Part shown: positions 45,341 to 59,775 of the stretch, piece by piece
Layout: each line of letters begins with the position of its first letter
Position numbering within the stretch: position 1 is the stretch's first letter
Assembly (NCBI RefSeq): GCF_009914755.1
Contig: NC_060934.1
Strand: one strand, 5' to 3'
Length of the DNA stretch: 64,000 nucleotides
From: the human T2T-CHM13v2.0 reference genome, Homo sapiens
Position numbers and translations under genes: made by a program
The notes under the pieces: model-generated
Seen by the model: only the letters and a program-made list of their open reading frames with translations
Told to the model about the DNA's origin: nothing
The model's database searches: none

Positions 45341-48300
45341 CACAGGAGGGTCCACCACGCAGGCTTCCTGGTAGGACTGAGCAGCTGGCCCACTCCACAA
45401 AGCTCCCACCCACCACCTAGGAGGTGCCCAGGAATGGGCAGTGGGTCTGCTCCCCATGTCCCCATCCATCTGGCTGCCTTAGCTCCCTGAGCCTTCTTAC
45501 ATCCCAGCACTTTGCTGCTGGACTTTCCTCTCATTCCTTGGTGCTCTTTACCTCCACTTTTTGTACCTTGGCTTTGGCTTCTGCCTTCTGATGAGGAGCT
45601 GGGGTGACAAGTGAACCTCCCTATATCTCTAAATTTTTCTCCCACCCCTGACCCTGCCCTGCTCTCTCCCACATGTGCCCCATAATGACCAGGACACAAC
45701 AACCCTCAACATGCATATTGCATATAGGACAGTGAGAAAGATTATGCTTTGGGAACTCATTTAGACCTCAAAGTCCTCTATGCCATCAAAGTCACCATGA
45801 AGTAGAGCCCAGCTTCTGTAGTGCTAAAGAAGAGGTCCATATGTTGGTTGCACTCCCCAGTTTTCCTTTCATATTTTAACAGTAATGACCCCTAGGACAT
45901 CTGACCCCAATGTTTATCCGAGACTTATTATTGCGACCTCACTGCTTATTAAGAAAACAAGACTAGGCGTCAGCCCCGCATGGCATGTCCCCATCGGGAC
46001 GAGCGTCCGTCTGGCTCTGGTGCTGATGGATGGGCCCAAGGAGGAACTCCTCAGCGCATCCACCACTGCCTTGGTGGCCCACGGTGGCTTCCCTCCGTCA
46101 GGGTCAATCTTAAAAAAATGATTATTACTTTGGCCGTAAGCCCAGTGACAAATGTGGCTTTTGTCCAACAACAACCCACAGGCAGAAGTCTGTTATTTCT
46201 CCCCTACCCCAGATGCTGGGACTTGACACAAAGGATGCTGTGGACACCACCAAATCAGAACCTGATTTTGGATCCACACTCTCCTTTCACGGCTTGCAAG
46301 TGACACCCAGGGGAGAAGCTGAGCTCCCCATGGCTTTTGGGGGCTCCTCAAACGGTGTCCACTGGGTGGGCCCTTACAGAGCTGAATGAATGAGAAACAG
46401 AGATAGGCTGGGTTTAGGTCATCACCCGGCCCCTCCACTGGATCCCCCCCAGGAGAGCAAGTTGGGGAGGGAAGAGCATGGCTTTGTGGTTGAGGGTCCC
46501 TGGGGGACAGCCATGGCTCAGCCCTCACCAGATGCATGACCCTGGGTGGGCGTTCGAGCTCCCTTTGTCAGTTTTCTCCTCTGTGAATGTGGTCGGGGCA
46601 ATGCCCACCTTACAGCTGTTCACAGTCGCTGCAGTACATGGCACCTGTGGCACAGCCCGGCACAGTCTCTAGCACCTGGGCAGTGTAGATGGACGTGGGC
46701 TTCCCTTCTTGGATATCAATTCCATCCTGCCCCTGTTGGCTCCTCATAACAACCATTCTCCTCCATGTCTCATTTGGATGTCCTACTAGAAGGTGCAGAA
46801 TCCCCCTGTCAACTTCTCTTAGAGCCCCCTGCCCCCAGGTTGGCCTTGTCCACCTCACAGAGAGACCCAGCTGTGGGGATGGGACAGGAGTTCAGTGTCA
46901 GCTCTGGGGTTGGGAGTGCTGACAGTGGAGTGGCTCCTGCTGTGGCTGGTCTGGTGGTGTGGTGTTTGTGGGGAGCGCACAGGCAGGACTGCACCGGGAG
47001 CCTATGGGAAAGCCATCCTGTCCTGGCTCCTGGGGAGGAGAAGCAGAACTGGGCTCACATCTCATTTCATCTCCATTTTTCTTCAGTAAAGATGAGAGGA
47101 TCCCAGGGAGAGCCTGTGGCTGCCAAGTGTCTGCTTATGTCGGTTCTTGCAGTGAAGAAGGCCCAGGAGACCTGGGTACCTCTGGGGTGCCATCTGCCTC
47201 TCTCCAGGCCCTTCTGCAATGCCCAAAGCAGGACACATTAGCTCCACCATGCCACCTAGTCAGGTGTCTCGGGCAGGACTGTGGACACGGGAATACCTGA
47301 GCAGACAGTTAAGGGCACAGGCTGTTGGAAGCGGGAGTGCGGTGCCTGGCTGGCCTTTGCAGCAGGTTTTGGGAACACTGGGGCTACCTGGACTTCAGGG
47401 ACCATAATGAGGGAATGCCTTTTTGCTGGCTTTGTGTATTTGGCCCTTTCCCACGAGTGCCTTCTGGTCTCTGGCCTGTCAGCTGTAAGTTTCTGATCTT
47501 GGCAGATTCTAGGCTCCTATCTCCCTCCCTCCCTCTTTTCACAACCCACTGGAACATGGGCCATAGTGGGCTTTGGCACTCAGGGAAGGCTGTGTGGGAT
47601 GTGGGCCAAGGAGCTCCAAAGAGCCCAGAGGCCCCATTCCTGTCTTCAACTTGGTCACTCACATCTTAGGTTGTGACCAAAGTTTGGAAATAGGTCACAG
47701 GACTGTGAGCAGATAGGAAGCCTGCCGTGCTGAGTTGGGTGTGTGGAGGGCTGGGGACCTCGGGCCACCCAGCTCCTCATGTGGGGTGTGGGAGGGGCTG
47801 AGCTAACATCAGTTCTGCTAGTGGGAAAAGGCCACTATGTTCTTAGATCAGCCCTGAGCACCCAGTGGTTGAGCACCCCTTGTCTTATACATACTGTGCA
47901 CTCTACTGGATGCAGTATGGACATCATGACGACTGCAGATGGAGGCTGACCTGGCATCTCACAGTGTCCTGGGGACGTCTGGTGGGGGGTACCTCAGAGA
48001 GAGATCAGTTTTCCTGGCCCTGTCCTACCTGGCTGTCCTGACCCTCAGAGCTATGTCTGGCCCTCGGGACCTGTCTTGGGCTCTACGTGCTGGCAGAGAG
48101 GCTGGTCCTGCTCTGAGGAAGCCAACCCTTGCTGGGAGCTGCTGTTTAAGCCAAGATGCAGGAAGCCTTTCTCCATGCAGGCCTCACGTTCAAGGTGTGC
48201 CACTTGGAGCTTGGGGGTCTTTGAAGGTAGCTTCAGTCTGGGATGTGGCTGGAGCCATTTCCTGCAGGGCAGTTTTGGAGCTGCACATGCTCTGAGAAAT

Positions 48301-51300
48301 CCCAGTCCTGGAAGCCGCTGAAGGGGTAAGGGTCCCAGGAGAGAGGACTGATGGAAATGGTTTCTCACCTGGCCTGGTGTTGCCCATCCTCAAACTCCAG
48401 GTCCTGGACCTCCTGCTGCTCCCTGCAAGACTGTGCGAGGTGAGGAGGCCCAGGGGTCCCTGAAGCGGTTGGTGGTCAAGCCTGGGTCCCCTCACAGGCC
48501 TGTTCCAGGGAAGTCCCAGGGAATCTTTGGATGAGACAAGAGTGGGAGGAAAGACACACAGGGCTGAAGGACCAGTTACCACTCTCAGGGGACCTGGGGC
48601 CACATGTAGGGCCTGGGTGCCTCCTCAGTCACCCTCTCTGTTGAGCTCCTGGACCTCCTTCCCTCCCTTTTTCTGGGGTTGCAGGACTTGGGTTCACAGC
48701 TGGCTTTGCAGCTGCACCCTCATCCCTCTGTGAGGGCAGTCAGAGGCTCCTCCTGGTCTCCCTCAATGCCAACAGCCTCCTGACTTTTCCTTAAGCATTT
48801 GCTCTGAGATTGCTGGTGAAAGATGGAGCAGGTACTGGAGGGCAGGAGTGGCCCCAGCCCACAGGGCTCCCAGTGAGTCTCTCAGCCTCTTGAAAGAGAG
48901 GACAATCACATCTCACTGGGGCCCTGAATGTGTCTAGCTGAATCTTTACAGCCTGGAGACCAGCTGCATATTGTCAACCCTTTCTTAAAATATGGGGAAA
49001 CTGAGGTTCCAGGCAAGGAAATTGCCAGGGTGAGGTCATCCACCAGGAAGCAAGCAGAAAGAGGTGTGACCACATCCACTTGACCACAGTTCCAGTTACT
49101 GTTCTGTGCCCCTCCTGGGTTGGAAAGGGCCTCCCATTAGAGGCTGAACCTCTGCCAGGAGAGGTCCCCCAGCTCTTGTCTGCATCTTCACCCTCTAGGA
49201 GGAAGGGAAGGGTGGGAGGGCAATTAATTTCAATAGGGTTTTGGGGCACGGGTGGTGTTTGGTTACATGGAAAAGTTCTTTAGTGGTGATTTCTGAGACT
49301 TTTGTGCACCCATCACCCAAGCAGTGTACACTGTCCCCAATGTGTAGTCTTTTATCCCTAACCACCCCTCCACCCGTTCCCCTAGTCCCCAAAGTCCATT
49401 GTGTAATTCTTATGCCTTTGCACCCTCATAGCTTAGCTCCCACTTGTGAGTGAGAACATACGATGTTTGGTTTTCCATTCCTGAGTTACTTTACTTAGAA
49501 TAATGGTCTCCAATTCCATCTGGGTTGCTATGAATATCATTATTTCATTCCTTTTTATGGCTGAGTAGTAGTCCATTATATAAATAAGACAATTTCTTTA
49601 TCCACTCTTTGATTGATGGGTTGGTTCCATATTTTTGCAATTGCAAATTGTACTGTTATGAACATGCATGTGCAAGTATCTTTTTCATATAATGACTTCT
49701 TTTCCTCTGGGTAGATACCCAGTAGTGGGACTGCTGTATCAAATGGTAGTACTTTAAGGAATCTCCACACTTTTTTACATAGTGGTTGTACTAGTTTACA
49801 TTCATATCAGCGGTGTAAAAGTGCTCCCTTTTCACCACATATACACCAACATCTATTATTTTTTGATGTTTTGATTATGGTCATTCTTGCAGGAGTAAGG
49901 TGGTATCGCATTGTGGTTTTGATTTGCATTTCCCTGATCATTAATGAAGTTGAGCATTGTTTCATATGTTTGTTGGCCATTTGTGTATCTTCTTTTGAGA
50001 ATTGTCTATTCATGTACTTAGCCCACTTTTTGATGGGGTTGTTTGTTTTTTTCTTGCTGATTTGTTTGAGATCCTTGAAGATTCTGGGTATTAGTCCTTT
50101 GTCAGATGTATAGATTGTGAAGATATTTTTCCCAATATGGGTTGTCTGTTTACTCTGCTGATTGTTTCTTTTGCTGTGCAGAAGATTTTTAGTTTAATTA
50201 AGTCCCATCAATTTATCTTTGTTTTGTTGCATTTGCTTTTGGGTTCTTGGTCATAAAGTCTCTGCCTAAGCCAATGTCTAGAAGTGTTTTTCTGATGTTA
50301 TTTTCTAGAATTTTTATGTTTTCAGGACTTAGATTTAAGTCTTTGATCCATTGTGAGTTGATTTTTATATAAAGCGAGAGATGAGGATCCAGTTTCATTC
50401 TTCTACACGTGGCTTGCCAATTATCCCAGCACCATTTGTTGAATAGGGTGTGGTTTCCACACTTTATGTTTTTGTTTACTTTGTCAAAGATTAGTTGGCT
50501 ACAAGTATTGGCTTTATTTCTGGGTTCTCTATTCTGCTCCATTGGTCTATGTGCCTATTTTTATACCAGTACCATGCTGTTTTGGTGACTATGGCCTTAT
50601 AGTATAGCTTAGTTTGAAGTCAGGTAATGTGATGCCTCCAGATTTGTTCTTTTGGCTTTGTCTTGTTTTGGCTATGTGGGCTCTTTTTTGGCTCCATATG
50701 AAATTTAGAATTTTCTTTCTAGTTCTGTGAAGAATGATGGTGGTATTTTGATGAGAATCACATTGAATTTGTAGATTGCTTTTGGCAGTATGGTCTTTTC
50801 ACAATATTAAGTCTATCTATCCATGAGTATGGGATGTGTTTCCATTCATTTGTGCATTTCAGCAGTGTTTTGTAGTTTTCTCCTTGTAGAGTTTTTTTAC
50901 CTCCTTGATTAGGTATATTCCTAATTATTTTATTTTTATCACAGGTATTGTAAAAGGGGTTGACTTCTTGATTTGATTCTCAGCTTGGTTGCTGTTGGCG
51001 TATAGCGGAGCTACTAATTTATCGACTTAATTTTGTATCCTGGAACTTTGCTGAATTCATTTATCAGTTCTTGGAGCTTTTTGGATGAGTCTTTAGGGTT
51101 TTCTAGGTATTCAATCATATCATCAGCAAACAGCGACAGTTTGATTTCCTCTTTATGGATTTGGATGCCCTTGTTTTCTTTCTCTTGTTTGATTGCTCTG
51201 GCTAGGACTTACAGTACTATGTTGAATAGAAGTGGTGAAAGTGGGCATCCTTGTCTTTTTCCAGTTCTCAGGGGGAATGCTTTCAACTTTTCCCCATTTG

Positions 51301-51354
51301 GTATAATGTTTGCTGTGGGCTTCTCATAGTTGGCTTTTATTACCTTAAGATATA

Positions 51355-51866
51355 TGCTGGGAGCAAGCCCCCCAAAATCTGACCATAAACTGGCCCCAAA
51401 ACTGGCCATAAACAAAATCTCTGCAGCACTGTAACATGTTCATAATGGCCCTAATGTCCACGCTGGAAGGTAGTGGGTTTACCAGAATGAGGGCAAGGAA
51501 CACCTGGCCTGCCCAGGGTGGAAAACAGCTTAAAGGCATTCTTAAGCCACAAACAATAGCATGAGAAATCTGTGCCTTAAGGACATGCTCCTGCTGCAGT
51601 TAACTAGCCCAACCTATTCCTTTAATTCGGCCCATCCCTTCATTTCCCATAAGGGATACTTTTAGTTAATTTAATATCTATGGAAACAATGCTAATGACT
51701 GGTTTGCTGTTAATAAATATGTGGGTAAATCTCTGTCGGGGCTCTCAGCTCTGAAGGATGTGAGACCCCTGATTTCCCACTTCACACCTCTATATTTCTG
51801 TGTGTGTGTCTTTAATTCCTCTAGTGCCGCTGGGTTAGGGTCTCCCTGACCGAGCTGGTCTCGGCA
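51355..51866 (+). mobile_element. MER9 solo LTR (HERV-K HML-3) inserted in L1PB ORF2
   Basis: 512 bp running tgctgggagcaagcccccc...gagctggtctcggca. Degenerate 6-bp TSD gatata/ggtatg; the L1 sequence is continuous on either side. Confidence 0.88.
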
Positions 51867-52525
51867 GGTATGTCACTTCTATGCTGATTTTGCTGAGAGT
51901 TTTAATCATGAAGTCATGCTGGATTTTGTCAAATGCTTTTTCTGCATCTATTGGAATGATCATGTAATTTTTGCTTTTAATTCTGTTTATGTGGTGTATC
52001 ACATTTATTGACTTGTGTATGTTAAACCATTACTGTATCCTTGGTATGCAGCACACTTGATCATGGTAGATTATCTTTTTGATATGCTGCTGGATTCAGT
52101 TGGCTAGTATTTTGTTAAAGATTTTTGCGTCTGTGTTCATCAGGGATATTGGTCTGTAGTTTGTTGTTGTTTTTGTTGTTGTTGTTGTTGTGTCCTTTCT
52201 TGGTTTTGGTATTAGGGTTATATTGGCTTCATAGAATGATTTAGGGAGGATTCCTTCTTTCTCTATCTTGTGGAATAGCATCAATGGAATTGATACCAAT
52301 TCTCCTTTGAATGTCTGATAGAGATGAGCTGTGAATCCATCTAGTCCTGGACTTTTTTTGTTGGCAATTTTTAAAATTACCATTTCAATCTAGCTGCTTG
52401 TTATTGGCCTGTTCAGAGCTTATGTTTCTTTCTGGTTTAATCTAGGAGGGTTGTATATTTTCAAAAATTTTTCAATCTCCTCTAGGTTTTCTAGTTTATG
52501 CGCACAAAGGTGTTTGTAATCTTGA

Positions 52526-52827
<302 letters not shown>

Positions 52828-55800
52828 ATTTCTAATTGAGGTTATTTGGATCTTCTCTCTTCTTTTCTTGGTTAACCTCACTAATCATCTATCAACTTTA
52901 TTTATCTTTTCAAAGAACCAGCTTTTTGTTTCATTTATCTTTTGTATTTATTTTGTTTCAATTTCATTTGGTTCTGCTCTGATTTTTGTTATTTGTTTTC
53001 TTCTGCTTAGTTTGGTTTGTTCTTTTTTCTCTAGTTCCTTGTAGTGTGACCTTAGATTGTTTATTTGTGCTCTTTCAGACTTTTTGATGTAAGCATTTAA
53101 GTCTATGAACTTTCCTCTTAGCAGCACCTTTGCCATATCCAAGAGGTTTTGGTAGGTTGTGTCACTACTATCATTCAGTTCAAAGAATTATTTAATTTCC
53201 ATCTTGATTCCATGTATTTGCATGGTTTTGAAGGTTCATTTTGGAGTTGATTTCCAGTTTTATTCCACTGTGGTCTGAGAGAGTACTTGATACAATTTCA
53301 ATTTTTAAGAATTTATTGAGGCTTGTTTTGTGGACTATCATATGGTCTATCTTGGAGAATATTCCATGTGCTGATAAATAGAATGTATATTCTGCAGTTG
53401 TTAGAATGTTCTGTAAATATCTGTTAAGTTCATTTGTTCTAAGGTATAGTTTAAATCCATTGTTTCTTTGTTGACTTTCTGTCTTGGTGGCCTGTCTAGT
53501 GCTGTCAGTGGAATACTAAAGTCCCCCACTATTCTTGTGTTGCTGTCTATCTCATTTCTTAGGTCTGGTAGTAATTGTTTTATAAATTTGGGAGCTCCAG
53601 TGTTAGGTGCATATATATTTAGGCTTGTGATATTTTCCTGTTGAACAAATCCTGTTATCATCATATAATGTCATCTTTGTCTTTCTAAACTGTTGTTGCT
53701 TCAAAATCTGCTTTGTGTGACATAAGAATAGCTACTCCTGCTCACTTTTGGTGTTCATTTGCATAGAATATGTTTTTCCACCCCTTTACCTTAAGTTTAT
53801 GTGAGTCTTCATGTGTTAGGTGAGTCTCTTGAAGACAGCAGATACTTGGTTGGTGAATTATAATACATTCTACCATTCTGTGTCTTTTAAGTGGAGCATT
53901 TAAGCCATTTACATTCAACTGTTAGTATTGAGATGTGAAGTACTATTCTATTCATCATGCTATTTGTTGCCTGAACACGTTGTTTGTTGTCTTTTTCATT
54001 GTGTTTTGTTTTATAGATCCTGTGAGATTTATGGCTAAGTAGGTTCTATTTTGGCTTATTTCCAGGATTTGTTTCAAGATTTAGAGCTTCTTTTAGCAGT
54101 TCTTGTAGTGCTGGTTTGGTACTGGGAATTCTCTCAGTATTTGTTTGTCCGAAAAAGACTGCACCTTTCCCTTATTTCTGAAGCTTAGTTTTGCTGGATA
54201 CAAAATTCTTGGCTGATAATTATTTTGTTTAAGGAGTCAAAGATAAGGCCCCAATCCCTTCTCACTGGAGGATTTCTGCTGAGAAATCTACTGTTAATCT
54301 CATAGGTTTTCCTTTATAGGTTACCTGGTGCTTTTGCCTCACAGCTCTTAAGATTCTTTCTTTCATCTTGACTTTAGATAACCTGATGACTATTTGCCTG
54401 GATGGTTATCTTTTTGTGATAAATTTCCCAGGTGTTCTTTGAGCTTCTTGTATTTGGATGTCTAGATATCTAGCTAAGCAAGGGTAAGTTTTCCTCTATT
54501 ATTCCCTCAAATATGTTTTCCAAACTTTTATATTTCTCTTCTTCCTAGGGAACACTAATTATTCTTAGGTTTAACATAATCCCAAACTTCTTGGAGCCTT
54601 TGTTCATCTTTTAAGATTCTTTTCCTTTGTCTTTGTTGGATTGAGTTATTTCAAAAGCCTTGCCTTTGAACTGTGAAGTTCTGTCTTGTGCTTGCTTAAT
54701 TTTATTGCTGAGACTTTCCAATGTATTTTGCATTTCTCTAAGTGTGTCCTTCATTTGTAGAAGTTGTGATTGTTTTTTATTTATGCTTTCTATTTCACTT
54801 AAGATTTTTCCCTTTGTAGCTTGTATAAGTTTTGTTTGTTTTTGTTTTTGTTTAAATTTCATTAAAGTTGGACTTCACATTTCTCTGGTGCCTCCTTGAA
54901 TAGCTTAATAATTGACTTTCTGAATTCTTTTTCTGGCAATTCAGAGATTTCTCCTTGGTTTGGCTCTGTTGCTGGTGAGCTAGTGTGATCTTTTGGGCAT
55001 GTTAAAGAACCTTGTTTTGTCATATTACCAGAATTGTTCTTCTGACTCTTTCTTATTTGGGTAGGCTATTTCAGAAGGAAGATCTGGGGCTCAAGGGCTG
55101 CTGTTCATATTTTTTTTTTGTCCCATGGGGTGCTCCTTGGATGTGGTGCTCTCCCCTTTACCCTAGGGATAGGGCTTCCTGAGAGCTTAACTGGAGTGAT
55201 TTTGGTTTCTCCTTAGGATCTAGCCACCTAATGGAGCTACCAGTCTCTGGTCTGGTATTGGGGAGGGTCTGCACTGAGTCCTATAATGTGAACTGAACTG
55301 TCTCCAGGTCTCTCAGTTGTGGATACCAGCACTTGCTTCAGTGGACGTAGCAGGGGAGTGAAGAGGACTCTGCAAGGGTCCTTGGTTGTAGTTTTGTTTA
55401 TTGCACCATTTTTGTGTTGGTTGGCTTCCAGCCAGGAGGTGACAATTTCAAGAGTGCATTAGCTGCCATAGTATAGGGAGGATCAGGTGGTGGGCAGGGC
55501 CCTAGAGCTCTGAAGAGATTATGTCCTTTGTCTTCAGGGTTTTTTGGCTGTCTCTGGGCACCTGCAGCAGCAATCCACTTCCTTCAGAGGGTCTGTGGAT
55601 TCTCTCCGCTTTCCGGGTATGTTGCTATGGTAGTTCTTGGAGCAAAAGTTCACGATGTGAGTCTCCATACACTGCTCTGTCCAACCGAGTGGGAGCTGCA
55701 AGTTAGTCCTGCCTCCTATCTGCCATTTTTCCAGGGTTCTGATCATCTGTCCTTTCTTCTGTAGAGTCTTAGGCTGGGGAGGTGCAGGAGAAGGGGAAGT

Positions 55801-57999
55801 GGGTACCCTGATAATGCAGTTTTCCTGACCAGGGTCTCCAGTTCTTTGGGACTTTGAGCCAACTAAGACAGAGGCAGAGACAGGAGCTCCACGCCACCTG
55901 TTCTCTGCCCACATCACTGGCAGGGCCCCCAGGGACCTCTGCTCTTTGGGACCAACAGACACATTTGCTCTTCACTCCTCTAAAGTAGCCCTGAAGGCCG
56001 GGGCTTTCAGCCTCAGCCTCCTGTGGCCTCAGCCTCGCTTGTTGCAAAGTCTCAGGTATTTCACCTTCCTACCCCCAAGTGGGGAATCAGCTCGAGGAGT
56101 CAAAAGAGATGTTTCTTTTTCCACTCGGGTCACTGTCCAGTGTCCCCAAAGCATAGATGGATCCGAGGTGAGAACCTCTGTGGACTGAGAGAAGCAGTGG
56201 TGATGCATGTCCTTGACAAGCTGGGACTAGACTGGACACACCAGCTTCTGTCCAGATCTGCTTGCTCATCAACTTCACTTGGCTTCTGCTTTGCTCTGCA
56301 CCCTGGTTCCGGTAGCTGCAGGGATATTGAACTCACATTTCAATGGCACTATCATGCCTTGGCCGCCAGAACCTAAACGTTAGAATCTGGCTCTTCCCTC
56401 TTCCCCTTGCCTCACTTTTCACCAAATCCTGATCATGCATCCTCTGCCACAGCGAGAGCTCTTTCCCTCCTTGCTGCCCTCCTGCCCTCTGCCTGGTTTA
56501 GCCTCATGGCTTCCTTCCTGCATTATTTTAATGACCACCTGCCTGTGTACCCCTCGTCCCCAGGCTCCCTCCTCCAGGGCACCTTCCCTTAGCAGTGAGA
56601 GAGATCTTTCCAAGGCATAGCTGGGGTCCCCACTTTCTAGGAAGAAAATGCAATGTCTCTCAAATAACATTCATAGGATTTTCATGGTTCTTGAGGGAGA
56701 AACGGGAATCCACATATCTCACCTGCCTTTATATACCAGAGAAGAGGCAGCAGACTGCCAATTCCCTGCAGAGGCCCTGGGATGGAAGGCTCCATCCCTG
56801 TCCTAGCCACTTGTTCTTCCCCTGCATCTGTGGCCTCCGGGCTAGTGTGCTCAGGGATCTGACTGCTGCCTTGGCACCCTCAGCCCCATCATCCTTCCCA
56901 TGAAGTGCCCTTTCTCAATGAGTAGCCTCATCCACCACTGTCACCCAAACCCCAGGCCCATCCTTTGCTGTATCTTCCCTACTTATCCAGCTGGTTGAAG
57001 CTGCCTCTGAGTGCAGTTAATCTGCTCTTGGTGCCCTCTTGTCTCCTGGCCCACCTTCACCTGTGGATACCTGGCGCTGCCTCTCCAAGGCCATCCCTCC
57101 CACCAGTGTTTGCCTTACCCCTGTCCCCTGCCTCTCAAGTCAGAGGTAATCCCTGCTGCTGCTAGGGTGATCTGTCTAGTGATAAAATCCGACCTGCTGG
57201 TACAGCCTGCAAGCCTCACTTGGTCCTCCCCTCCCCTCCACCTCAGCTCCCAGCATCCTTGTGCACCTGTGGCCAACCATGCCCAGCTCTTTCTCATGTG
57301 CATTGGCCTTTGAACATGAGCTGTCTTTGCCTGGAGCATCTTTTCCCTCCTGACACTGGCAAGCTGCTGCTGGGCCTGCCCTTCTCAGCATGATTTTACC
57401 TCTCCCAGGAAGCTCTCCAGGGACCCTTAGGCTGGGTCTCATGTGCTGGCTCTTGCTTCCTCAGCACTCTGTTCATGCTGGAGAAATAAAGTGGCATAAA
57501 GTAGAGTCCTGCTCCTTAAGGTTCGAGTGTAGACCTCTGACTGCTCCTGCAACAATCACTTCTATCACCAGCATCAGCAGGTTTTCCCTTGCCACTGCAT
57601 CTTTCCAACAGCACATCAGCTTGCAGTGAAAGCTTGGTCTTTAAAAATAGGAATATGAAGCTTGTTTCCTGCCTCAGGACCTTGTTCCTGACCCTACTCC
57701 TTCCTGGATGGCCCCCGTGCAGGTCTTCTCAGGGTCATCTTGACTCCGCATCCCTCCTGCAACCACCATCCCACTTCTCTGCTCCTCTCTAAAGGAACAT
57801 CTGCAGAAGTGGCATGTCTAATACCAAAATGTTGGTTCCTACCCCAGAACTGCCCCATCCCCACAGCCCTGTTCTACCTAGACAGGGTCCGCATCTCACG
57901 GAGGGCACTGCCATCTTCCTGTTTGGCCTTCCCACCCAGGAGCTCCTACTGCTGCCTACCCTACTTCCCATAGTGCTTGGGGTTATGATCTCCATGTGC

Positions 58000-58480
58000 T
58001 TCTACTCCAAACCACCTGTAGTTTCCTGTCCCTTCCAGAAGAAAATCCAATCCCAACACCGTGGCCTGTAAGGCCCTGACCACCTCCTGCCATGCCTTCA
58101 CTTGCCCTGTTCCAGCTACACTGACTGTGAGATTCCTATAACATGAAGCTGTTTTTTCTCACTCCAGGACCTTTGCATTGACTCCACTCCTTCCTGGACA
58201 GCCTTCCAGGCTCTTCTCAGGGTGTCTCCCTCACATCGCTCAAGTACGTTCCCTCAGAGAGGCCTTCCCACACCTCCGGACCTGGTGTCCCTGGCCATGT
58301 CCTCTCCTGCTCCCTGAACACAGCAAGCTTCCTTCCATTCATATTATTTATCAGGACCTGAAATGGTCAATTTATTCACTTATTTATTGTCTGTTTCTCC
58401 TTCTGGAAATATAAACTTCCGGGCAGGGACCTCATGTGACTTATTTATCACCTAAACCCAGGGCCTGGCTGGTACTGGAG
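58000..58480 (+). mobile_element. L2 3' fragment
   Basis: caggacctttgca...tcagagaggccttccc...tttattgtctgtttctcc...taaacttcc...ggcagggacc. Confidence 0.7.
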
Positions 58481-59729
58481 GAGCTGATGGGCCCTGGGGG
58501 TTCCTCCCAGCTTCATGACATGGCCCACCGCTGGCCTTCTGCATCAAGGCTGGGAATACTGTAGCCAGAAGGAAAATCTCTCTGTTAACATGGAATTAAT
58601 AAAAGAATGCTTATACATGGTTGCAGGTAATATATATATAAGATAAAAATGACATTCTGCCGAGAGATAGAGAGAACCCATAAACTGTTTTTCCTGCATC
58701 CTTACATTGTCTTCATATGAAAAGAAAATTTTAACCGCTGGCTTACACACTAGTTTTAGATGTAAGCCACCATTTATGAGACCTTTTGGTAAGTGCTGAA
58801 GTAAAGTGATGAGCAGGAAACCAGGCCAGCATGTCCCGGCACCAAGAATGGGAGTGGCCACAGGGCAGCCTTCCCTGGAGAACTTGCTCTGATGCCCCGT
58901 GAAGTCCTGTGAGCTCTGGGGCCAGAACCTGGCCTGGTACCCCTGCGCCCCAGGGCTCTGCCCCAGTCCATGATTCTTTCTGGGATTGTCATGGACTTAA
59001 CTCATTACCAAACACGCATAGCCCCTTGAGGAGTTTTGGCACACAAGGCATTTGGGATGTCTTGGGGAAGAAAATGAAATACTTTAATGTAATCAAAAAC
59101 ACAGGAAGCAGATGCCCCTGAAATATAATATGTTCTAGGAGCTGCTCCCCTGCTGTGTGGCCTTTCATGCTCTGGAATATTCCAATGCCTTTTTTTTTTC
59201 CCCACAGAATCACTCACATGTCACTTTGGTGAGAGGATGAGGCATTCAGATTGGGAGAACTTGTTGCTTTGTCAGCATTATTTTCAGACAAGAAGTTTTA
59301 CTTCTTGTTTTTATATTTTGAGAGAACAATGTCTTACAACATTCAGGAATTAGTACTTTGCATTTTCAGGTTCACTTTGGTGCAGCCCTTAGGGTGCTTG
59401 TGGGTCTGGCCCAACCTTCCCTGGAATGAGTCTTCGGTTGAGGGGGCCTGACGTCAGCGCCCTGCAGGGTTCATCTGTGTCACCTAAAAGTGTCCGGCTG
59501 CTTGGCCTGGCTATTTCTGCTGAATGCACAAAAATACATTTTGCCTTTTCTCCTTCCAAGTTGCAGTTTCTTTTCTGCAAATGAAGCAGAAGAAAAGTGC
59601 TGCATTGACATGATGAACTGAAAGCACACTCACTTCAGGGACATGTTTCTTCAGTTGGGAAATTCCTCTTTTATTTGTGACTAGTTGTTTTCTTTCCTTA
59701 GTCAACTTCCTTCAACCCTCAATGCATGT

Positions 59730-59730
<1 letters not shown>

Positions 59731-59773
<43 letters not shown>
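59731..59773 (+). repeat. (AC)21 microsatellite
   Basis: Read directly from the sequence. Confidence 0.97.

Positions 59774-59775
<2 letters not shown>

Noticed and set aside
57733-57745. One-mismatch estrogen response element GGTCAtctTGACT
   Set aside because: An isolated imperfect 13-mer in repeat-like sequence about 52 kb from the TSS; plausible by chance without ChIP data.
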